NCBI GenBank assembly: GCA_016201275.1
Contig: JACQDB010000147.1
Span: forward strand, 1-10,848
Length of the DNA: 10,848 nt
Source of the DNA: Acidobacteriota bacterium
Lineage (GTDB): Bacteria; Acidobacteriota; Blastocatellia; UBA7656
Direction: 5' to 3'
Program-made: the position numbers and the translations under genes
Shown here: positions 1 through 6,472 of the stretch, piece after piece
Numbering within the stretch: position 1 is the first letter of the stretch
How the letters are laid out: every line of letters starts with the position of its first letter
The notes under the pieces: generated by a model
What the model was told of the DNA's origin: nothing
Seen by the model: the letters and a program-made list of their open reading frames with translations, nothing else
The model's database searches: none

Positions 1-28
1 CATCCCCCAACTGCCGTTGGGGGGATTG
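1..28 (-). repeat. Partial copy of a ~42-nt hairpin repeat unit, truncated by the window start. The stem is cccccaac/gttggggg around loop tgcc. It is the reverse complement of the units at 10768-10809.
   Basis: Read directly: catcccccaactgccgttggggggattg matches the reverse complement of aatccccccaacggcagttgggggatg at the window end. Confidence 0.8.
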
Positions 29-56
29 CAAAAAAACTTTGCTTGCTTGGTGTGTA

Positions 57-98
57 GGCTGGACTTTAAGCATCCCCCAACTGCCGTTGGGGGGATTC
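57..98 (-). repeat. Full ~42-nt hairpin repeat unit (ggctggactttaagcatcccccaactgccgttggggggattc), in the same orientation as unit 1-28 and separated from it by a 28-nt linker.
   Basis: 38 of 42 positions match the reverse complement of the unit at 10768-10809, with the same hairpin cccccaac-tgcc-gttggggg. Confidence 0.85.
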
Positions 99-175
99 AG
101 ATGAATGGCCAAACCGCCTCGGCTTTCCGTTGAGGGATTCCGATGAATGGCCTCACCGCCTCGGCTCTCCGTTGC
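93..175 (+). repeat. Two back-to-back direct copies of a 41-42-nt unit (ggattcMgatgaatggccNNNccgcctcggctYtccgttg). The first copy overlaps the tail of the hairpin unit.
   Basis: Copies at 93-134 and 135-175 are about 85 percent identical with no spacer. Each begins with ggattc, which is also the tail of the hairpin repeat. Confidence 0.8.
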
Positions 176-223
176 TAGATTTTTCAGCGGCGAAGCAGCC
201 TGATTTCATTGGCTTTTTCACCC

Positions 224-274
224 CTGGGAATTATTGAACCTCCCCTCAACAGCTGAGGTTCAATAATTCCAGGC
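224..274. repeat. Long imperfect palindrome: ~19-bp stem with one bulged g and a 12-nt loop (cctgggaattattgaacctc / gaggttcaataattccagg). Possibly a terminator-like structure for the convergent minus-strand gene.
   Basis: Arms 229-243 and 256-270 are perfectly complementary over 15 bp and extend to cctg/cagg. No U-tract follows on either strand. Confidence 0.6.
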
Positions 275-313
275 GCGAGCCGCAACGTCAGCGCTTGATT
301 GGTGTTGTCCAAT

Positions 314-337
314 CTGAAATTGTACAAAGTCGAGCTA
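314..337. repeat. Left copy of a ~22-24-bp inverted repeat (ctgaaattgtacaaagtcgagcta). Its partner is at 10660-10684.
   Basis: The reverse complement of 10660-10684 is ctggaaaatgtacaaagtcgaggta. The 14-nt core tgtacaaagtcgag is identical, and the flanks match at about 22 of 24 positions. Confidence 0.7.
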
Positions 338-454
338 ATTACACGGCTCAATTCCATTGCCTACAGCACTGGCTAATTTTCTGAACCCCTTCGGGGCAAA
401 GACAGAGGCATGGTCAACTGGCACAATTGTGGTTTTGCGAAAGAATTGTGCCGC

Positions 455-1366
455 TCAATTGCCGCGTTGCAGCGGATACCAGAAATCGCCGATTTCATAA
501 GCCGGGTCAACGCCTTCATAACGCGCCTGCAAATCGCCTTCGACTAAAATGTGGCCTTGCAGCCATACTCGTGCCGACAGCGCCGCGCCAATCTTCAAAC
601 GTCCCTGCAACATATTGCGATTGATGAGGACTTCTAATCGCAACGCCCCGACATCCAGATAAATCCACACCAGTTCGTTTCCCGTGACCGGATTTTTGAG
701 CGCCCGCCAGGCCAGCACGCGTCCGCGCACCAGATACTCGCTTTCATACGCTTCGTCGGTGAAATCCGGCTCTTCCGCCAGTTGAAACATTGGCGCAGCG
801 CGCTTCAAATAAGACCCCGAACGCACATAACCGCTGTAGGCAATTCCTGCGAATGCAACGTGCAAATGTGCATAATGAAAAGTCTGTGGATTTAACTCTG
901 TGAGGTTTTGCAGTTGCAAGAGGACTTCGCCGCCATCCGGCACGAAGCCGCGCAAAATAGCGTTGCCGCTCTCTTCATATTCGATCAATTCCCAAGGGTC
1001 TAAAACGTGTGTGTAACGACTGCGAAATGCCGGACGACAACTCTCATAAAAAATTTTGCCTTCGCTGGTGCATAGCCACGACCACACTTCCAGGCCCTCG
1101 CCCACCTTCCAGCAATAGCCTTGCAGCATGGCGTTGCCGCGCACGATGGAACTCTGCACGCCGATGCGGTCGGTGTATTCCAACAGGCTGTAGTAATCGC
1201 CCACCTGAGAAATTTGAAAGCCTATGGAATCGAACAAAGCGTCTATGGCGTCTTCGCCGGAGGCTTCAACATCAAAGCTGGGTTCAGGTATCTGCTTCAT
1301 AGTCAGGATGCGGGAATGAGGCGTCAGGTGCAGGGTTTGATTGGGTGTGCTGATGGCGTTGGTCAT
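455..1366 (-). CDS. Hypothetical protein, ~303 aa, no recognisable motif. The start codon is uncertain: ATG at 1366, TTG at 1393, or ATG at 1300.
   Basis: A 312-codon open frame on the minus strand that does not overlap its neighbours. There is no clear SD before any candidate start. The call rests on ORF length only. Confidence 0.55.
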   Translation of the reverse strand: MTNAISTPNQTLHLTPHSRILTMKQIPEPSFDVEASGEDAIDALFDSIGFQISQVGDYYSLLEYTDRIGVQSSIVRGNAMLQGYCWKVGEGLEVWSWLCTSEGKIFYESCRPAFRSRYTHVLDPWELIEYEESGNAILRGFVPDGGEVLLQLQNLTELNPQTFHYAHLHVAFAGIAYSGYVRSGSYLKRAAPMFQLAEEPDFTDEAYESEYLVRGRVLAWRALKNPVTGNELVWIYLDVGALRLEVLINRNMLQGRLKIGAALSARVWLQGHILVEGDLQARYEGVDPAYEIGDFWYPLQRGN

Positions 1367-1441
1367 CCGATTCAATTGCTGCGATGTCTTCAACCGCCTG
1401 GAAATCTTTATCTCCCAAATCTAACACCTAAGACCTGCCCC

Positions 1442-2572
1442 CTATTTTCTAGTCTCTTCTCCGACTTCCATGTTCAAGGTATAGGCTTTGCTGTCGCGTA
1501 AAATTTGAATAGTGATTTTTTCGCCCGGCGCTTTACCGGCAACCAGTCGGTTGAAATGCACGAACGAAGTCAGCGGCTTGCCATCTACGGCGGTGATGAC
1601 ATCGCTTTGTCTGACTCCGGCTTTGGCGGCTGGGGTAGAGCGTTCAACTTTCACCACCAACACGCCGCGCACCTCGGCAGGCAATTTCAGCGAGCCGCGA
1701 AAATCGGGCGTCAAATCGCGGGTCTCGATGCCCAGATAACCGCGCCGCACCTGACCGCGTTCGAGCAGTTGCGGCAATATGGATTTCACCGTGTTAATCG
1801 GAATCGAAAAGCTCAAGCCCTGCGTGCGTTCCAGCACCAGGGTGTTGATGCCGATGACCTTGCCTTGCGCGTTGACCAGTGGGCCGCCCGAATTGCCGGG
1901 ATTGATGGCGGCGTCGGTTTGCAGATAATCGTCGAATTGGCCGCCGAAATCGGTGCGCCCTTTGGCGCTCAAAATGCCCAGCGTGACGGTGTGATCCAGC
2001 CCTAAAGGATTGCCGACGGCGATTACCCATTCGCCAACTCGTGCGGCCTCGCTGTCGCCGAGTTCGGCCACCGGCAAGGCTGCGCCGGTCGGCACGATTT
2101 GCAATAAAGCGATGTCGGTGGCTTCGTCATAGCCTTTGACCGAGGCTTGAAATTGGCGACCATCGTTCAAGGTTACCCACACGCGGTCGGCCAGTTTTGC
2201 CTGCGCGTCGGCGGTTTTTTGCGCTGCGCCTTTGGCGCGTTCACCGACGGAGATCAAATGAAAATTGGTGACAATCAAACCCTTGGCGTCAATGATAAAG
2301 CCGCTGCCCAGGCTTTCGCCCAACGCCGAAGTGGAACGCACATTGACCACTACATCGTTGACGCGCTCGGCGATTTCCGGCACATCGGGAACCGTTGACT
2401 TCATCTGTGGGCGCGACGGTTGGGCGGCAACCGCAGGATTTTGCTCGCGGATAATTGGCGCGAGCGAGGCCGCTTCTACCGCAAGCGCAGAACCAGCGCA
2501 AGCGGCGATGGACATGAGCGAGAAAGTCAGCAACATCAAGAGCGTAAGTTTTGTGAAAGAGTTCATCATCAT
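1442..2572 (-). CDS. htrA: HtrA/DegP-family periplasmic serine endoprotease (S1C trypsin-like domain plus one PDZ domain) with an N-terminal signal peptide.
   Basis: Catalytic triad context TNFHLI ... DIALLQI ... GNSGGPLVN. C-terminal PDZ-like region GYLGIE...VLVVKV...AGVRQSDVITAVDGKP. Signal peptide MMMNSFTKLTLLMLLTFSLMSIAACAGSALA. AAGG lies 5 nt before ATG at 2572. The longer upstream extension in the ORF track is R/C-rich and implausible. Confidence 0.9.
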   Translation of the reverse strand: MMMNSFTKLTLLMLLTFSLMSIAACAGSALAVEAASLAPIIREQNPAVAAQPSRPQMKSTVPDVPEIAERVNDVVVNVRSTSALGESLGSGFIIDAKGLIVTNFHLISVGERAKGAAQKTADAQAKLADRVWVTLNDGRQFQASVKGYDEATDIALLQIVPTGAALPVAELGDSEAARVGEWVIAVGNPLGLDHTVTLGILSAKGRTDFGGQFDDYLQTDAAINPGNSGGPLVNAQGKVIGINTLVLERTQGLSFSIPINTVKSILPQLLERGQVRRGYLGIETRDLTPDFRGSLKLPAEVRGVLVVKVERSTPAAKAGVRQSDVITAVDGKPLTSFVHFNRLVAGKAPGEKITIQILRDSKAYTLNMEVGEETRK

Positions 2573-2579
2573 CCTGACC

Positions 2580-2777
2580 TTAATTAATCGTTTCATCCTG
2601 AGCCTCTTGGGGCGGCGCGTACACCCGCGTGCCGCGCACATTGCGCGCCGGGCCGTATTGCGGACGTTTGCCGGAACGCACCATCTCGGCAAATAAATCC
2701 ACATCGTAATCACATTCACGCGACATCGCTTCGCGCACTTCATGAAGCTCTTCTAAAAATCTTGGTTTGCGATACAT
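2580..2777 (-). CDS. Small charged hypothetical protein (65 aa) immediately upstream of htrA and possibly translationally coupled to it.
   Basis: Its TAA stop at 2580-2582 lies 7 nt before the htrA ATG and overlaps the htrA SD (taaggtcagg). The peptide is helical and charged (MYRKPRFLEELHEVREAMSRECDYDVDLFAEMV...). No family recognised. Confidence 0.4.
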   Translation of the reverse strand: MYRKPRFLEELHEVREAMSRECDYDVDLFAEMVRSGKRPQYGPARNVRGTRVYAPPQEAQDETIN

Positions 2778-2896
2778 CGTTTTGCGCCTGGCGTCTGCGG
2801 TCTGTTGTTCGGTGTCTAATCGCCAGGATGCGTTTGGAGCTTATGCAATCCAATTTACAATCCTGGACACCGGACGCAAGACAGGAAGACTCGGTT

Positions 2897-3361
2897 TTAA
2901 ACTTCTGCATTAATCAAAAATTCCGGCGTGACAATCAAGGGAACGAAAAAGCCCGCTATGGTGTTGAACAATTGAATGCGGGCTTGACGATGGACATTCG
3001 CCAGATGTCCAAAATCCCAGGTGACAATGAAATCGGCTTTGTTGACTGAAGCTAAAGCGACGTGCAGCGCGTTGGCCAGATACTTGCGGTGAAAGATGCC
3101 ACGTGCCACATAGCCTTCGGCGAGGATCGCCGCTTCGTCGCTGATTTCAAATTGCGGCATCTCGTGAATCAATTTCAAATACGAAGTGCGTCTAGGCTCC
3201 TCCATGCGTTCCAACTCGCGCACCACCAGAGGCGAAACATAAACCGCATATTCGCCCAACTCATGCTCCCACCAGCGTATCGTCAGGTCGCGCCGAAACG
3301 GCTCCCCGTTATCCAGATAAGCGCCGATGACAGAGGTTTCCAGATACAAGCTCTTTTTCAT
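2897..3361 (-). CDS. PIN-like domain protein (~154 aa) with partly substituted acidic residues. Possibly a degenerate VapC-like toxin.
   Basis: N-terminal MKKSLYLETSVIGAYLD resembles the PIN beta1 motif, with E in place of the first Asp. RELERM supplies an acidic residue. ANALHVALAS resembles the DAxhxA motif with N in place of D. ADFIVTWDFGHL resembles the C-terminal TxDxDF motif. I chose the internal ATG at 3361 because the upstream extension is hydrophobic and Cys-rich junk. No SD. Confidence 0.45.
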   Translation of the reverse strand: MKKSLYLETSVIGAYLDNGEPFRRDLTIRWWEHELGEYAVYVSPLVVRELERMEEPRRTSYLKLIHEMPQFEISDEAAILAEGYVARGIFHRKYLANALHVALASVNKADFIVTWDFGHLANVHRQARIQLFNTIAGFFVPLIVTPEFLINAEV

Positions 3362-3374
3362 AATGCCGCAAAGG

Positions 3375-3383
3375 ATTTTACCA
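3375..3383 (-). promoter_or_regulatory. Candidate extended -10 element (TGgTAAAAT on the minus strand) 13 nt upstream of the PIN-like gene's ATG. If real, the mRNA would be nearly leaderless.
   Basis: Minus strand reads cttgtggtaaaatcctttgcggcattATG. There is no SD, which is consistent with leaderless translation. This is pattern-based only. Confidence 0.25.
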
Positions 3384-3574
3384 CAAGCGCCGGTTTGCAG
3401 GCAGAATAATGCCGGAAGAATTATGCTGGCGGCAGAAGTGAGAACGATTGAACCTAAGGAGTTGCGCCTACGGAGCGAAAACAGCGCAACTGATTGCCGG
3501 TCGAGCAATACTTTTTTAGCCCTACCCTTTTTGCTGTCTTACTGCCGGACATCAAGGCTTGCTCTACGCCGGCG

Positions 3575-5263
3575 CTATTCGGAGTTCTGCACTTTTTCGG
3601 CGGGGGTGATTCGTTTGATCGAACTGGTATAAGGGCGCAATGTGACTTCGGCGCGGGTGAAATTAATTGTCACGCTGAAGTGGCGCAGAAAATCGCCGCC
3701 CAGTATGCCGCTTTGCTCAAAGCCTGCCGTTTCATTAATCGCGCCAAAATCCAAAACCAGAGCGCGCAAATTCTCTTGGCGCAAATCGGCGACTCGACAA
3801 TTGTGCAGTTGCAACAATTCGACATTATCCGAAATGCCGCCCGCGCCGATGACTTTGGTGGTCTGACCTTTGATAATCTGTTCGCGCATACTCAAGCGCT
3901 CGACAGCGGCAGAGGAAATCACTGTCGAACTAGCGCCCGAATCCAGTATGGCGTTGATGCGGTTTTTACCATCAAGCTCGGTTTCGACGCTGATTAAACC
4001 ATTCTGCGTGGTGCGAAACGGCACGACGGTTATGCCGGCCTGCGTCACCACGGGCAAGGTGCGATTGGCTTCCTGGTCGAGGCGTATGACGTTGGCTTGA
4101 TAATCAATCTCGGTCAGAAAATGTGACAACACGGAAAGCCCTATGAAGCCATCGGCCTGAAAATCCGGCGGCGCATCTTTATCAATATGAAACGGGCGTA
4201 TGAAACAGGGCACCGATTTGACCTTGATATCGCCAAGTTCCAGCGTTTTGATCAAGCCATAGACGATGGGAAATTTGCCGGTGCCGCCGACGCCTTGCGA
4301 GTGACCGCCACGCGCAATGTCGGACACCTTGAATTTTTTCGCGGCCTCTTTGGAAAGCACCGTGAAGCCGGAGCCGGTATCAATGACGAAAATCGCATCG
4401 CGCCCGTTGAGTTTCACGCGCAGATAAGGACGGCGGTCGCTGCCCAGTTGAAAAGCGACCTGAGAAAACTTTGGTCCGCTGACTTCATGCACCTGTAAAC
4501 CCGCCAACTGCCGATAAAACTGCACCAGTCCGGCAATTCTTTCGCGCCGTTCTTTATCGGTTTCCGGGGCGATGGCGAGGAAGCGCTCATAGGCTTCGGC
4601 GGCCTGCTCATACAACTCCACACGCGAAGAAGCGCGGGCGATGGTCATCAAAAAATCGGCTTCGTCGGGGTCCAAGTCATGGGCGCGAAAGGCTTTCGAG
4701 ATGGCGTCTTTGGTGCGGCCTTCGTAATAATCAATCTCGGCGGCAGTGCCAAACGCCAACGGGTCTTTGGTGTCGAGTTTGAAAGCCTGCGTCAAGGCGT
4801 ACAGCGCTTCCTGAATATAGCCCGAACGCAACAGCGCCGCCGCCGCCAGCGCATAAGCGTGGGCGCTGTTGGGATTGCGCCGCAAGACTTCGTTGGCCTG
4901 ATCGTAACAGTGTTGAAAGTCTTGATCTTTGAAATACGCATAAGCGGCATTCTGGCGCGCTTCGAGGTCTGTGCCATCCCGCTCGATCAGCACCATATAC
5001 ATAGTTGCGGCGTCTCGATAGTGACCCTTCTGAAAGGCTTTGCGAGCTTCCCGAAACAGTTTCTCCGATGAGGATTCGCGTTTCTTCTTTGTCCGTTGAC
5101 CGCCTGCCATTGGCGTTTGTGCTTTGCGTTGATTGCTGGTGGTTTCATTGCGGCGCTCGGCGGAAGTGGAGATCGTTTGTCCACTGGCAGCAGTCGCTGG
5201 CAAGGTGACGACAACCGACAAGAGAAGCGCCAACAGGCGTGTTGCAGTTGCAAAGTTTTTCAT
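3575..5263 (-). CDS. Secreted TPR-repeat protein with two tandem retropepsin-like (clan AA) aspartyl protease domains.
   Basis: GGAGG lies 7 nt upstream of ATG at 5263. Signal peptide MKNFATATRLLALLLSVVVTLPATAASG. TPR-like helical repeats in the central region. Two Asp-protease motifs, FVIDTGSGFTVLS and AILDSGASSTVIS, each followed by a GGxG/IGxD flap-like region. Confidence 0.85.
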   Translation of the reverse strand: MKNFATATRLLALLLSVVVTLPATAASGQTISTSAERRNETTSNQRKAQTPMAGGQRTKKKRESSSEKLFREARKAFQKGHYRDAATMYMVLIERDGTDLEARQNAAYAYFKDQDFQHCYDQANEVLRRNPNSAHAYALAAAALLRSGYIQEALYALTQAFKLDTKDPLAFGTAAEIDYYEGRTKDAISKAFRAHDLDPDEADFLMTIARASSRVELYEQAAEAYERFLAIAPETDKERRERIAGLVQFYRQLAGLQVHEVSGPKFSQVAFQLGSDRRPYLRVKLNGRDAIFVIDTGSGFTVLSKEAAKKFKVSDIARGGHSQGVGGTGKFPIVYGLIKTLELGDIKVKSVPCFIRPFHIDKDAPPDFQADGFIGLSVLSHFLTEIDYQANVIRLDQEANRTLPVVTQAGITVVPFRTTQNGLISVETELDGKNRINAILDSGASSTVISSAAVERLSMREQIIKGQTTKVIGAGGISDNVELLQLHNCRVADLRQENLRALVLDFGAINETAGFEQSGILGGDFLRHFSVTINFTRAEVTLRPYTSSIKRITPAEKVQNSE

Positions 5264-5656
5264 AGCTATCCTCCACATTTCGATGGCCACGGTTTTCTTT
5301 TACCGGAGGAGTGCATCATGGTTATCCACTTTCGCTCTTCGACGGTCAAGCTGGTTGTTCTCTCATGAATCTTGGTAGATGAGGAGAGTCTAGGCTGGCG
5401 GCTGGCGAAAGTCAACGGTTGCGCTTCTTTCAGTAGAGGCGAATTTCGCCGACCGCAAAATGGTGAGCGGCGGAAGCCAATCGCAACGCTGCATCACCGT
5501 GGCAGGCAATCAAGAGCGGTTATCGGGATTTTGCTTTTCCGCATTTTCTTTTCTGCGGCGTCAGCTTACAATACCGGCATCCGTCAAACGCCTTCACTTG
5601 GCACGAGGGCGATAGAGAGTTCTGCATCAGAGAAAAACGCAGCGCCGAGAAAAATC

Positions 5657-6337
5657 ATGTTCACGGTCTTCATCATTATCCTTGCCTTGCTGGTCATCGG
5701 TGGTTACGCCTTGACGCGACGCAAACGCCTCTCGCTAGATGAACGCAAAGCCTATATACTTGGCGCGCCGACAGATTTCTCCGGCTTATTCGCGCCAACT
5801 GATTCTGCCCAACTGGCCGACGAAGAGACGCAGGCCGTCGCCTCTGGACGCCGCGCACAGCTACTCGAACGGGCGCGGCAATTCGATTTGTCGGCACTCG
5901 ACGAGACGCGCCGCGAGCCGCAAGTTTATGCGGAAGTCTTAGCGGAATTCATACGGCAATCAGCCGTCAGTCAGGATCAATTTCAAGCGCTCGTCGGCCA
6001 CTTGTCGCAACATCAAGAGTTGAAAGCCAATGCTCAACTGGTCGAAATGATGCTGCAACGCTGGGCCGTTTCACCGGACAATAAAGCAACCGTACAACTG
6101 CTGCACTTGGCCGCGCTTGCCGATGATGCGGCGGTGCTGCAACGGGCGATAGAGCGTGCGGCGGCGGCCTGGCAACAAGGCTTGCTGCCGAATCTGACGG
6201 CGAATGATTTTCTCGCTTTAGCGGAAAGCGAATATTGGGTGCTGGCGTCGGAAGCAAGGCGTTCGGGCGCGGGCTACATTTTGAAAAGCCGCCTTGTCGA
6301 GCTTCGTCGTACACTGGCGGCGACGAAGCGTGGATAA
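5657..6337 (+). CDS. Single-pass membrane protein of unknown function with an N-terminal TM helix and a helical soluble domain, lying upstream of the SPFH gene.
   Basis: Internal ATG at 5657 gives MFTVFIIILALLVIGGYALTRRKRL, a TM helix followed by a positive patch. The 5' part of the 321-codon ORF is R-rich junk. Weak GAGA SD. Confidence 0.6.
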   Translation: MFTVFIIILALLVIGGYALTRRKRLSLDERKAYILGAPTDFSGLFAPTDSAQLADEETQAVASGRRAQLLERARQFDLSALDETRREPQVYAEVLAEFIRQSAVSQDQFQALVGHLSQHQELKANAQLVEMMLQRWAVSPDNKATVQLLHLAALADDAAVLQRAIERAAAAWQQGLLPNLTANDFLALAESEYWVLASEARRSGAGYILKSRLVELRRTLAATKRG

Positions 6338-6342
6338 CTCTG

Positions 6343-6463
6343 TCAGTGCTGCGTGCTGAGGCAGGAAAAATGGTTAGGCGTGTCACCGATTTTTATCACA
6401 GTTTTGAAAATGGTATGAACCACGCATTACGCATCACGCCGCACGCAGCACTTTTTTGAATCG
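6343..6463 (+). promoter_or_regulatory. Structured intergenic element ending in a U-tract directly upstream of the SPFH gene RBS. A long-range 11-bp stem (gtgctgcgtgc / gcacgcagcac) encloses ~85 nt and is followed by tttttt.
   Basis: 6346-6356 pairs with 6441-6451. An inner stem ggcgtg/cacgcc is present. The T-run is at 6452-6457, followed by GAGGAAcatcATG of the SPFH gene. Confidence 0.4.
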
Positions 6464-6472
6464 AGGAACATC

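Noticed and set aside
1-101. CRISPR array at the window edges (repeat ~37-42 nt, spacers ~24-28 nt, gggggat...gttaaag-type repeat)
   Set aside because: Units occur in both orientations, including a head-to-head pair. Copies differ by compensatory stem changes rather than being near-identical. Only 2-3 units are present per cluster. No cas genes or leader are present. A REP/BIME-like family fits better.
224-274. tRNA-like T-arm (gaggttcaataattcc)
   Set aside because: The loop is too long for a TpsiC loop, the segment is one arm of a 19-bp palindrome, and no acceptor or anticodon arms can be built around it.
427-624. 65-aa plus ORF and other short plus ORFs (1009-1501) overlapping the 303-aa gene
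   Set aside because: Antisense to a long uninterrupted minus-strand frame, with R/C/W-rich composition.
1505-2005. 166-aa plus-strand ORF (and the 75-aa, 83-aa and 143-aa ORFs at 1512-2696)
   Set aside because: They lie antisense within the well-supported htrA gene and have Arg/Gly/Ala-rich composition typical of GC-rich antisense frames.
3494-4498. Plus-strand ORFs of 167, 74, 76 and 103 aa
   Set aside because: All lie antisense inside the TPR-aspartyl protease gene, with no SD and no motifs.
5372-5656. 5' extension of the 321-aa ORF (MVDEESLGWRLAKVNG...)
   Set aside because: The region is Arg-rich and low-complexity, unlike the rest of the protein. The internal ATG at 5657 starts a clean TM helix. 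The extension lies in the divergent promoter region.
5967-6386. 139-aa minus-strand ORF
   Set aside because: Antisense to the membrane-protein gene, with Pro/Ala/Ser-rich composition and no start-site support.
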